From: Eledone cirrhosa
Lineage: Eukaryota
Length of the DNA: 64,000 nt
NCBI GenBank assembly: GCA_964016885.1
Contig: OZ024741.1
Coordinates: forward strand, 234,732,001-234,796,000
Direction of reading: 5' to 3'
Shown here: positions 10,408 through 22,139 of the stretch, one piece after another
How positions within the stretch are numbered: position 1 is the stretch's first letter
Layout: every line of letters starts with the position of its first letter
Notes under the pieces: generated by a model
What the model was told of the DNA's origin: nothing
What the model saw: the letters and a program-made list of their open reading frames with translations, nothing else
Database searches by the model: none
Program-made: the position numbers and the translations under genes

Positions 10408-11231
10408 ATCATCATCATTTTACGTCTGCTTTTCCCTGCTTGCAAGGGTTGGACGGGTCCTACTCAGCACAGCATCTTTCCACTTGTCACGGTCCTTCGT
10501 CATCTCCTCAGTGAGTTTCAGCGATCTGAGGTCTATTCTCACCACCTCTGCCCATGTTTTTCGTGGTCTACCTCTACTGCGTCTTCCTTCTACTGGGATT
10601 TCTTGGCCCTTCTTTACCCAGCGGTCATCCTCCATGCGCATCACATGTCCATACCATCTCAGCCTTCTCTCCTGCACACCACAACTTATCCCTCTTATAC
10701 CCAGTTTCTTTCTCAACTCGTCTATGCTTGGTCGTTCACACACATTGACATTGCACATCCAATAGAGCATACTTGCTTCATTTCTCTCCAGCCGTCGAAT
10801 ATCCTCTGCAGTTGCTGCCCATGTCTCACTATCATGCAGCATCGGGCATCTCACACAGGCATCATATAACCGTCCTTTCGTACGCAGAGAGAAACCCTTC
10901 TTTGTCAACAGAGGAAGCAGCTCCCTAAACTTCTTCCAACCCGTCCTTATTCTAGATATTATGGCCTCAGAACACCCCCTCCCATGCTAATCTGATCATA
11001 CAGGTATCAGAAGCTATCAACCACTTCTATAGAACCCACCTGCATTGGAAAAATGTGTCTATCATTGCGATTATTACTGCCAACTTTCCCTGTACATCTA
11101 CTGCATACGTAGTTTTCCCTACCTGTTAGTTTGCCTGCTATCCCACTACATATCTTGTGTACCCAAGAGATGCATTGCGTACATTTTATGGAATTTATGC
11201 CAGTTCCTTTACTACATATCGAACATGGTCA
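10408..11231 (-). mobile_element. RTE LINE 3' fragment (young family)
   Basis: ORF 10420-10908 (KGRLYDACVR...RRLRWYGHVMRM...RGRPRKTW) is the RTE ORF2 C-terminus. It has a (tga)n tail and is highly similar to 14490-15310. Confidence 0.92.
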
Positions 11232-11400
11232 GTAGAGTACAAAATACCTTTATATCTGTCGGAATCCAAGAATTAGTTAACAGTGGCAGCAAATACAAAT
11301 AGGACTGGACACTGTATCCGCTTGAAAGAAGTACAAAGTACTTGTCACAGTGTAAGCAGCTCAAGAAATTAAGAATTTGGAACAGTTATATACTAATCTA

Positions 11401-11566
11401 CAAAATGCTGTGTTTCTCAAATGATATATAGCGCTTTCTCTCTATATACATACATATATCTTTAAAATTGAATTATTGATGCTCTGGGCAAATATCCATT
11501 GAATTTTTCTACTGAGAAACATAATCATCATACATATATATGTTACGAAATCTTAAATTAATATAT
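11401..11566 (+). repeat. Dispersed 170-bp repeat; second copy at 18987-19144
   Basis: caaaat(g/a)ctgtgtttctc...gaattattgatgctctgg...ccattga...actgagaaacat occurs at both sites in direct orientation. Confidence 0.75.
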
Positions 11567-11621
11567 TTAAGAGAAAAGAGTACACAATATTGAAATAGAG
11601 TTTAAATATTCATTTTATTAA

Positions 11622-11713
11622 GGCTAAATTGTGAGTCATGTTACTCTAGAGTTTCACCTGTTTATCACAATTAACAGGTGAAACTCCAAAGTAACAAGAC
11701 TCACTACTTAGCC
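11622..11713. repeat. Hairpin / inverted repeat of about 90 bp
   Basis: ggctaa..gtgagtc.tgttact..gagtttcacctgtt, a loop, then aacaggtgaaactc..agtaaca.gactcac..ttagcc. Confidence 0.8.
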
Positions 11714-11792
11714 ATGATATATATATATAGAGAGAGAAAGAGTCTGCGGTGTTGAGACTCGGGAGACCACTAATCATGGGAGTTCTCAATAC

Positions 11793-12904
11793 ACCGTTTA
11801 ATGTCCATTTTCCAATGCTAACATGGGTTAGATGCGTTGTCTAGATGTGAGCCAAGCCAGAGCTGATAACCATCTCCAGCTCACACTGGACTGATTTTGG
11901 TTTGGTTTCTACGGCTGGATGCCCTTCCTAACGCCAGCCACTTTTACAGTGTGTACTGGGTGCCTTTTATTATGGCACCAAAACAACCACTTTACAGTGT
12001 GGACTGGCTGCTTTTTGTCATGACACTAACACAACCTCTTTACAGTGTGGACTGGATGCTTTTTGTAGTGACACCTACACAACCACTTTACAGTGTGGAC
12101 TGGATGCTTTTTGTAGTGACACCTACACAACCATTTTACAGTGTGGACTGGGGTGAAGGAGGTGCATGGGGATTGGCAAGGTAGATCTAGGGTGAGGGGT
12201 AGATAAAGGGGGGTGTTGGGGTGATGGAGTTGTGTGGAAAGGGGTGGTAAGGGAGAGTAATGTGTACTAGATATATCCTTCAACCCGTTCACATAGGAAG
12301 GTGAGTCTTCTGTATTACAGCATAACACCAGAGATCATGATCCTGTGTCATCACCTTTGAGAGGTGTAGTTGTGTAAGGTCAGCTTTTATCATTTCATCT
12401 CAAGTCTTCCTAGGTCATCATACTTTGTAGCCTCTATCAACTTTGTGTACTGTGCACCTTTTTATACACCTGTCATCTGGCATATATATCACATGTCCAG
12501 ACCAATGCAATCTCCTCTCCTGCGCACTGTATCTGATTCCTCTTATTCCCAGTTTCTTTCTCAGTTTATTTATGCTTTGCTGTTCATGTATATTACTATT
12601 ACACATGCATCAAAGCATACCAGCTTCATTTTTTTTGCAATCTTTGCAGATCCTCTGCACACAGTGCCTAAGTCTCACAATCATGTAACATTTCTGTTTG
12701 TATACACGCATCATACAATCTACCCTTCATTTTGAGGGAAAAACCTTTTGTTGCTAGCAGCAGTTCTAGCTTCCTAAACTTTTCTATCCCATTCTCATTC
12801 TGGCTACTGTACTTTCGGCACACCCACCTTTACGGCTTATTTGGTCACCTAGGTAGCAGTTGACTGCTTCCATGGAATCTTCCAAGAATTTGATTGCATT
12901 AGTT
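11793..12904 (-). mobile_element. Old RTE 3' part joined to a 48-bp VNTR, SINE core and tail; continues at 15313-15410
   Basis: ORFs 12418-12606 and 12784-12972 are RTE C-terminal pieces; 11930-12150 holds about five 48-bp units; the ctggatgcccttcctaac core is near 11915. Confidence 0.8.
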
Positions 12905-15312
12905 AGGCAGAGGGACAGGCAGATAGTGTCTAATACCCTGCATACCCTGGGGAAGAATGTACCCCACAGCATAGGTAAGTCGTTAGTGATATCTCAGTAA
13001 GCAAGAGACGGAATGAGACATGCAGGAAGGTGTGGGGAAGAAAGGTCTGGAAGCTAAAAGACCTTTCACTAAAATACAAATTTAGGAAAGCCCTTCAAGA
13101 TGTGTATGACGAAAAAGAAGACGATTTAGAGATGTATGACATAGATAATAACTGGAATTTCTTATGTGACAACTTACTGCAGGCTACTGATGAAACTTAT
13201 GGCTGGAGCAGAGCTCCAACCAGACAGAGAGTGACCTGGTGGTGGAACAGCACAGTAGATAAGGCCATTAGAGACAAAAGACTAGCATGGAAGGCTTGGA
13301 AAAAGGGTGGGAGTAGAGAAGGATATACAGCCGCTAAGAGAGAAGCTAGACATCAGGTGTACTTAGCATGCAGGGAGGCTGAGAGTAGGAGGTTTGCCAA
13401 TGTTCTGCGATGGGAAGATCAGAGGCGTGTGGTGTTCCACATTGCAAGGCAGAGTGACAATGCAAATCAGGATGTTGTTGGCGATAAATGTGTCCGGAAT
13501 GATGCTGGTGTACTTAGTGTCACGAATGATCAGAAAAAGGAGGCCTGCAAATGTCATTATGAGAGACTGATGAATGTGGAGAACGAATGGGAGAGAGAGA
13601 AATTACCCTCAGTAGATCCGACAGAGGGACCAGCTATTGAGATTAACGAATATAGGGTCCAAGAGGCGATTAAAGAAATGAAAAATGGTAAGGCTGCTGG
13701 ACCATCGGCGATAGTTGCTTAGATGCTGAAGGCATCAGGGGACGTATGCACTAAACTGGTTGCACGCATCATCAATCAGGCTATATATGGTGGTGTCATA
13801 CCCAAAGACTGGTGCAGCAGTATTCTCATAAATTGCTACAAAGGTAAAGGGGATGCTCTGGAGAGGAGCAATTATAGGGGTATAAAACTGATGGATCAGG
13901 TTATGAAAGTGGCAGAAAGGATATTAGCACAACTAATTAGAGAAAGAGTCAAACTAGATGAGATGCAGTTTGGTTTTGTGCCTGGCAAGAGTACAACAGA
14001 TGCCCTCTTCTTGGTGACACAATTACAAGAGAAGTTCTTAGAGAAAAATAAGCCACTATACTTAGCCTTTGTTGACCTAGAGAAGGCTTTTGATAGGGTA
14101 CCCCGATCTGTCATCTGGTGGTCCCTAAGGAAACTAGGTGTTGATGAATGGCTTGTGAGGACAGTGCAAACTTTGTACAGAGGTGCTGTCAGTAGAGTCA
14201 GGGTAGGAATGGAGTTTAGTGAGGAATTCCAGATACAAGTAGGAGTACATCAAGGTTCGGTCCTCAACCCGCTCTTGTTCATTATAGTCCTCCAAGCCAT
14301 AACAGAGGAGTTTAAGACTGCTGTCCATGGGAACTTCTCTATGTTGAGGATCTGGTTCTTATAGCAGAATCAGTAGATTGGCTATGGAAACAGCAGTTGG
14401 AAGCAAGAGGACTGAGAGTGAACCTAGCTAAGACAAAAGTGTTGATGAGTAGAAAAGAGGACAAAACTCTGATCCCATCAGGGAAATGGCCATGTTCGAT
14501 ATGCAGAAAAGGAACTGGCATAAATTCTATAAAATGCACACAATGCAGATCCTGGGTTCACAAGAGATGTAGCGGGATAGCAGACAAACTAACAGGTAGG
14601 GAGAAATACGTATGCAGTAGATGTACAGGGAAATTAGACAGTAGAAGTCGCATTGATAGACACATTTTTCAAATGCAGGCGGGTGCTATAGAAGTGGTGG
14701 ATAGCTTCCGGTACCTAGGAGATCAGATTAGCATGGGAAAGGGGTGTTCCGAGGCCATAGAATAAGGACGGGTTGGAAGAAGTTTAGGGAGCTGCTTCCT
14801 CTGTTGACGAAGAAGGGTTTCTCCCTGCGTACGAAAAGCCGATTATATGATGCCTGTGTGAGGAGCGCGATGCTGCACGGTAGTGAGACATGAGCAGCAA
14901 CTGCAGAGGATATGCGACGGCTGGAGAGAAATGAGGCAAGCATGCTCCGTTGGATGTGCAATGTCAATGTGCGTGAACGACCCAGCATGAATGTTTTGAG
15001 AGAGAAACTGTGTCTGAGAGGGATAGAATGTAGTGTGCAAGAGAGGAGACTGAGGTGGTATCGACATGTGATGCGCATGGAGGATGACCACTGGGTGAAG
15101 AAGTGCCAGGAAATGCCAGTTGAAGGAAGACGTGGTAGAGGTAGACCATGAAAAACATGGACAGAGGTGGTGAGAACAGACCTCAGATCGCTGAAGCTCA
15201 CGGTGGAGATGACAAAGGACCGTGACAATTGAAGAGATGCTGTGCTGAATAAGACCCGTCCCACCCTTGCAAGCAGGGAAAAGCGGACGTAAAATGATGA
15301 TGATGATGATGA
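12905..15312 (+). mobile_element. 5'-truncated RTE LINE, ORF2 pseudogene (end of endonuclease, RT, PHD-like finger, C-terminus)
   Basis: PGEECTPQHR marks the end of the APE endonuclease. RT motifs are NYRGIKL, QFGFVPGKST, AFVDLEKAFDRV and GVHQGSVL. The YADD motif has decayed to LLYVEDL after a frameshift near 14320, and stops occur (e.g. 13720). It has a (tga)n tail and a short TSD tagtt at 12900-12904 and 15313-15317. Confidence 0.95.
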
Positions 15313-15434
15313 TAGTTTCCTGTGAATATTTATTACTTACTGCTCCTGTGAAATAGCCACAAGTTAAACCTACATTCTTAGTTAACACACTTGAGATCCC
15401 ACTACATCTTATGTAGCCGTAGTTTGATTTAGGA

Positions 15435-15910
15435 CATCATCATAATCATAATCATCATCACCGTTTAACATCCATTTTCTACGCTAGCATTGGTTAGTCG
15501 GGTTGTCCTATTTGAGGCAAGTCAAGGTCAGATGACCATGTCCTGCTCATACAGAACTGATTTTGGCCTGATTTCTATGGTTGAATGCCCTTCCTAATGC
15601 CAACCACATTTACAGTGAGTACTGGGTGCTTTTTGTTGTGACACCTACATGATCACTTTACAGTGTGGGCTCAGCGTGTATTGTCATGTTGCCATCACAA
15701 CCACTTTACAGTGTGAGATGGGGGCTTAGGTGGGAAAGGGGTGTGGGGATAATGGAGGTGGGTATATGGGCATGTGTGAGGGGCAGAGTGTTAGGATGTG
15801 GAAGGTGTATGGAAGGGGGGATGTAAGATTCAACCTGTGCTCATGGGAGGCATATGGGAGGGGGTAGTGAGGTGAATATTATATGTACGCTTTAGCCTGT
15901 GCTTACGGGG
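15435..15910 (-). mobile_element. Composite element: RTE end, linker, VNTR, core, tail
   Basis: (cat)n tail, atgcccttcctaa core, three 48-bp-type units, a G-rich linker, then gctttagcctgtgcttacggg matching the RTE end seen near 55470. Confidence 0.65.
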
Positions 15911-16069
15911 ACAGAAGATGGAAATTCTACCCACCCCTTTTCTACACATTGAGCAAGGCCATTTCCCAGAAGGGATCAGAACCTTATTTTACTTACTACT
16001 TACTAGAACTTTGGTCTTTACCAAGTGGACTTGACCTTTTGATTGCAAGTTATGTTTCCAGGTCAGGAA

Positions 16070-17290
16070 TTTTTACTCTAGTTCTGTCATAGATACAGCT
16101 ATGAGAGTTAGATCATCAGCATACAAGAGTTTCCAAGGGCATCCTGTTTTAAACTCTTCTATTATAGCCTGGAGGATGATAATAAACAGGAGAGGGCTAA
16201 GGACGAAACCTTGGGGAACCTCAACTTGCACATTAAACTCCTCGCTATAGTCATTATTAACTTTAATCTTACTGACAGCACCTCTGTTCATGACTTGTAC
16301 CACTCTCACTAGCCACTTTTCTACTTCTAATTTCTTAAGTGCTAACTAGATTACAGAATGGGAAACCCTGTCAGAAGATTTCTCTAGCTTTTAGCTAGAT
16401 ACTTCTACAGTTGCCTCACAAGGAAGAGGGCATCTGTGATACTTTTTCTTGACATAAATCCGAACTGCATCTCATCTAGATTAATTCATCCCTAATCAGT
16501 TGTACAATAATTCTTTCTGTAACCTTCATGATCTAGTCCATCAGTTTGATGCCCCAATAGTTCCCTCTGTCTACTGCATCACCTTTTCCCATGTAGCAGT
16601 TGATGATGTTGCTGCTATGCCAGTCATTGTGTATTAATTGGTTTACAATACAGGTGGTTATGGTGTGTCCTACCATCCCAATGGCTGCTTTCCTGATCTT
16701 CATACCCTTAATTGCCTTACTTACTACACTGCTGGTCCCTCTGTAGGGTCAACCTGGTACAGTCTATCTTCTTCCCACACATTTTCCTCATTCATCAGTC
16801 TCTCATAATGACACTTCCGTGCTGCCTTCTTTTTGGTTTCAGTCAGGGCAAATGCACCATTGTCATTGTGAACACAATTCTCTTCTTCAACATTACTATT
16901 TTCCCTGACACATAGCCTTGCGATCCTGAACACCTACATCTTTGGTCATCATTCTGCATAACACAAAAACAATTTTTTACTTTCCATTTCTCTCCTTGCA
17001 AAGTATATTTGTCACTTCACCTACCTCCTTACTACTTGGTAAAACACTTTGCTACCCCCATTTTGCCTTTCCTTCCTCACCTGTCTCTTAGCCTTAATTG
17101 ATTCATCCACCCTAATATTCTACCAACAAGTCACTCTCCTACTCCCTGGGCCCCTGCTCCAGCCACATACCTTATTTGTAGCTTTTATTAGATTATCTTT
17201 CAGAAATTCTCACTGCACCTCTATAGCATATGTGGCTATTTCTTCTTCCTTGTCAAAAGTGTCAAGTAAGATATCCTTAAATTTGATACA
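16070..17290 (-). mobile_element. Degenerate RTE LINE, RT region
   Basis: ORF 16073-16309 reads VPQGFVLSPLLF...GCPWKLLYADDL and ORF 16724-16933 reads CHYERLMNEENVW...VDPTEGP; both are homologous to 13030-14364. Confidence 0.88.
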
Positions 17291-17369
17291 GGCATATCCT
17301 TCTCCTCTAGGTTGCAATGAAAGTGTCAGGTAAAACATACCTCAAAGGACAGAAACCAGCAGCTAGAAG

Positions 17370-18900
17370 TGTGTTGGCCCTTTCAGCGTCCGTGCAATTT
17401 TCTCTGTAGGCCCCATCTTTACCTCCCTCCATATTGCCATCTGTCCTGGTTCACAATCGATCCTCGAGAGATAAGTTCCCTGTTGGTAGTGTGTCACATC
17501 CACTGCCAATCACTTCCAGTTGCACTCCACTGGAATGTTACCTGTCTCATGCACGCCCAGGGCAGGGTTGATAGATTGACATCTATTGCAACTCCTGATC
17601 ACTTTCTGGACACTCTGTCTGGTAATGTTGGAGTTGACATTCCTGGCTCAGAACAGGGTCCTATCCACTCCCATATGATGCATGTTATGCAACCTCCTCA
17701 ACTCCAAGTTACTCAGCTGACTGATTGTAGCTATCCCCTTTTCCATATCCTTTGGCGTTTCCAGCAGGCTTTCTTGCCCCTAGTTAGGATGTCTGCTCTA
17801 TTTTTCTCTGAGGGTACAAAGACCACACTCAATTTCAAGCCGAACACAGCAGCCAGCTCTCCTAGAGATCCCAGGCAATGCTTTATAAACTTTTCTGCCT
17901 ACCCTCTCATTTGCACCCTCCTCTCACTCATCCAAGTACAGTGGCTGAATCAGTCCAATTTGGCCACGTTTATGTGATTGCAGTCTCCTTCATCCTGAGC
18001 CCAGCTGCATTCTCAACCTCAACACCCCATATTTCCCAAACGACCCTTAGCATTAAGCTGGCATTACACCATTCGGTCATGTTCTCTGATTTGGGTATGT
18101 ACCAGCTTCCTCTTACTGGGTCATCCACCTTCACCTTCTCCATGATCTCAGGTATTATGGCCAACATCCTCCCTCCCACTTTGTCTCCTCAGATCACCCT
18201 GTCCGCTCATCTCTTGACATAGTTGCATGGTGTTCGGAACCACCCCACGATTGGATTGCGGCCCACCAATTTCCTACACATTCAGAAACGTTTTGGTCTG
18301 TCCATGCCAGTGCCCAGTTTTGGGACTTCATTTCCCCTTCGAAATACCAATGTGCCCGTTTTGTCTCTTTGCAGCCTGAGTCCCAGTGCAGCTCCTCTTT
18401 CCAACATCTCTGGTGGTTTCACAGTTACTTGAACCTTTCTAGATGGGTTGAGACCTCTGTTGCCAACACCATGGTCTCATCTACCAAGACATCGTTGATG
18501 TAGGAATTGGTGGCCTTCTTCACCTTCCCTAGAATGGCCTTGAGAACCATCTCCATTATCTTTAGTGCCCAATTCAACCCAAACCTTGTTCTTTATTGGC
18601 TGCACTACTGCTATTAGTGGCAACACTCCACTCTTTATCCTCTCATTCCAAGGGATTAATATACCCTCCCTCAAAATAACTCCCCCTTTCAGGTTATGCT
18701 GATAGTAGTTCACTCTGTTCTTCAACGTCAGGGGCTCTCCTTTCCAGTACCACTCAACTATTCACTGCTGACCATGGAATACAGCCTTGAAATCCTTGTT
18801 TTGTCTGATATGAACAGCACATTTTTATTCATGGATCTCCTTGTTCCCCTGTTGCACACTCACAGCACATGGTGTTCATGTGCTACTGAATGTTACCCCC
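17370..18900 (-). mobile_element. Degenerate Ty3/Gypsy-like LTR retrotransposon pol fragment (RT, RNase H, integrase order)
   Basis: Minus-strand pieces: GVLPLIAVVQPIKNKV (RT N-terminus); WCNAS...GVEVENAA...HINVAKLD (RNase H-like); HHMGVDRT...CNRCQS (integrase zinc-binding motif); LAVDVTHY (integrase core). Many frameshifts; no LTRs seen. Confidence 0.7.
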
Positions 18901-19379
18901 ATCCTCACTCACTATAACGCCTCCTAAGCAGCCATTTTCATCAATGCCTGTTACCACATCAATTCCATCCACCACATATATATGTACAAAATACTGTGTT
19001 TCTCTAATGACATATCACTACATACATATATTCGTTTAAATTTGAATTATTGATGCTCTGGACAAATGTCCATTGAGCTTTTTCACTGAGAAACATTTTT
19101 ATCATGCATATTATATATGTTATAATACTTTAAATTAGTATATATATAAATTGGAGTGAATGTTAGGGTAAATAAATTAAGAAAAAATACGAAGTGTATT
19201 AATAGTATAAAGTTATGAAAGGTAATTATAATACTAATGTAAGTGATTAGTTAAAAGTAAATCATTAATTGATTAAAGGGTAAGTGAACTAGTTCACACA
19301 CACATGTAAGTGTTTGTATTGTGAAAGAAAAGAAAAATGAGATGTGGCCCTCTCATGAGACTGACATAAGAGCCCTCAT

Positions 19380-19680
19380 TCATCATCATCTCATCTTCGT
19401 TTAACTTCCATATTCCACGCTCGCATGGGTTTGGACGGGAGTTTTCCCACTTGAGGCAAGAGTGGTTGTCTTGCTCGCATAGGACTGTCTGGCGGGTTTT
19501 CTACAGCTGGATGCCCTTCCTAACACCAACCACATTTACAGTGTGGAACTGGGAGGTTTTTACCGTGTTACCTACATGGCCACATTACAGTGTGGACTGT
19601 GTGTTTTTTTTTGTTGTGACACCTACACGACCTCATTTGTTTCGGGCTGGATGTTGTGGTACCAACATAACTTTACATTG
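19380..19680 (-). mobile_element. SINE core/VNTR element, closely similar to 51720-52024
   Basis: Tail, core and VNTR; ORFs 19451-19747 and 51696-51977 translate almost identically. Confidence 0.82.
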
Positions 19681-20694
19681 CCTTTGCAAAATCCGAAAAT
19701 GTTTTCAAACCAAGTATTTTCAATATTCTGAAGAAGGGGGAAATTAATTCCAAGCATTCAAAGTATGGACCCGGAAATACTCGGTTTGGAAACTCAAGTG
19801 GAGCTTCTGACTGCCAGGTGGGCCATCGGCCGCACATACGATCTTGTGCTCTACAAGGCACACTTTATCATAACAAAAAACACTAGAGAAGTTGTCATGC
19901 TTTTGACACAGCTAATGAGACCTTTTGACCCTTTGTTTGGCAGGTTGTTTAGGGTTGGATACTCTTCCTATCAGCAATCACTATACAGAATGTACTGAAT
20001 GTAATTATTATGTTGATCATGAATACTAAGGAGGTACTGTCTTTGACACAACTGAAGAATACTCCCGACCCTTTGTTTGTCTTTTATTTAATTTTTTTTC
20101 TCTTTTATACATTCATGTTTACTTTGTAGAGAAATATAAATTAGACCCAAATAAAGAAAATGAACGATAACAAATGAAAGGAAATTTACATTTTTATTTA
20201 CTTCGGAAATTGAAGTGCTGAAGCTGGGTGTACACTTGGTTTATTTGTTTTTTTCCACTAGACATAAAACCAAGTTAAACAATTTTTGTATTTTGTATTT
20301 TGGTTAGGCATGAAGGATGGCAGTGCCTGTGATACTTTTTCAGGATGCAGTCTTGTGGTTGGTGTGTTAGGCTCATGATTGTCTGGTGATGGGTGGCATG
20401 TTGCATCGTTATATTTTATGTTGTTCCAGTTCAATCAGTTGATAAAATGAGTATCAACAGCAGCTTTGGAGGTCAACCCTCAATTGCTTTTCTGTCCAGA
20501 GAAAGATCTATGTTCAGTTGCTTAATGCCAATGGAAGCTCTGGTGAGCCCCTGGGCTTTGTAGCTTTCAACTCTGTACTAAGAAACCTAGCTATGTCAGG
20601 TCTCTTGAAATAGCTGCCCCAATCCAGAACCAACTCTAGCATTTGTGTAAGACTTAGATAGATGCTTTCTGTTGAGTGGGCTGACTTTCATCGT

Positions 20695-20946
20695 TTAACC
20701 CTGTCAATACCAACCTGCCCAAAATTGACTGATTTTGATGTAATGAAACTACCCATTTTAAAATGTTCCTACTTAAATTAACATCTTCCAACATAATTTG
20801 ATATAAAAACAGCGTTTGTTAAGTTATATTACCAGCATCATCTTAGTCATGAAATACATAATAATTTTAGTGAATTCCTCCATATTCTTCATTAATTAAT
20901 TCAAATACCGTGTATTTCATTAGGAATATGGAAATGAAAGGGTTAA
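20695..20946. mobile_element. TTAA-flanked piggyBac-like MITE
   Basis: ttaa-ccctgtcaatacc...ggaaatgaaaggg-ttaa; related copies lie at 33130-33916 and 43635-43880. Confidence 0.65.
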
Positions 20947-21459
20947 GTAAAGAGTCCCCAAACCTTTAAAGATGGAAAAATTGAGAAATTGTATTTATAG
21001 TTAGATATAGATAGTAGAAATAGACAGAATGTAAAGAGCCAGAACAAATACCAGTATGACATTTTTATCCAAAGCTCTACCGGTCCTGCCAACCCACCCT
21101 TGATGCTTTGTAATGCTAGTTCTAGCTCATTGCATTCTGAATTCAAATCCAGCTGTGGCTAACTTGGGTGATAGATTTTATTTGTCATTCAGTTTAACAC
21201 CCCCACCTTGTCCTTGGATGACGTCAGAGGAGTCCACCTTTTTGCAAGTATTCAGATCAACTCTCCAGTTTGAGTATACCATCTTCCCTCGCTCACATCA
21301 GTGTTGAAGGTCTTGAAAAGTGTCATAGGCACTACTTCCCCTCCTGACTAACCAATTAAAAAAAAACAAAAAAACTGGTATAACCTAGTTTTATGTCCAG
21401 GGCAACTTCCCTCTCCCTGAATGTAGATTCAGCTTCAGCACTCGGTAATCAGAAAAAGG

Positions 21460-21880
21460 GTGATACGTATAAAAGCTAAACTTGCTATTTCAAATTCAGT
21501 ATTCACACCTACCCTTAATTATGGTCAGAAATTTTTGGTAATTACTGAAAGATCACAATCACAAACAAATAGGGGCTCTCAATAGGGTACATAACTTGGA
21601 AATCAGCGAATCACTCCTGGTAAAGCCGTTACTTTGCATTGAAAGATCATAGCTCTGGTAATATGGATATGTGGTTAAAAGGTCTGAGAAAAGAATTGCC
21701 GGGCAGATTTTTTTAGGCAAAGCCAATTGGTGGGACACCCAGCAGTAAAAAAGCAAGAGCAAGATATGAGCTTCATTCTGCCTATTAGAACAAATAATGG
21801 GTTCTTTGGTTAGATAAAAGCATGATATATCTGGAGCTATGAATATGTGGATCATACCTAAGCTACCTGTGTGCTGTAAG
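21460..21880 (+). mobile_element. Decayed RTE (Expander/Rex3-like) 3' fragment
   Basis: Pieces translate as KAKLAISNSVFTPTLNYG...ITER and ISESLLVKPLLCIERS*LW*YG, matching an RTE ORF2 C-terminus. Confidence 0.6.
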
Positions 21881-22139
21881 GTTTGATCTATCGCTACTCA
21901 ATATGACCCTTTCCTCCTACAAACTGGCACCTTGAATCACACCTATTTCTAGTTAATATGATAATTCTACACATTCATTCTCCTGGCTAAAAATACAATA
22001 TATACACCGCACAACACCATATATACTCCTCAACACCATATATACTTCACAGTACCATATATACACCTGACAAAACCATATATACACCACACAACACTAT
22101 ATATACACCTCACAAGACCATAAATACTTGCCACTATAC

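Noticed and set aside
10054-10869. 271-aa plus-strand ORF
   Set aside because: Half is antisense to an RTE fragment and half is AT-rich flank; a chance read-through.
11897-12184. ORF with a 16-aa repeat (TQPLYSVDWMLFVVTP)
   Set aside because: Translation of the 48-bp VNTR; the frame is not preserved in other copies.
13030-15290. Active or domesticated reverse transcriptase gene
   Set aside because: 5'-truncated, with in-frame stops, frameshifts and a mutated YADD motif.
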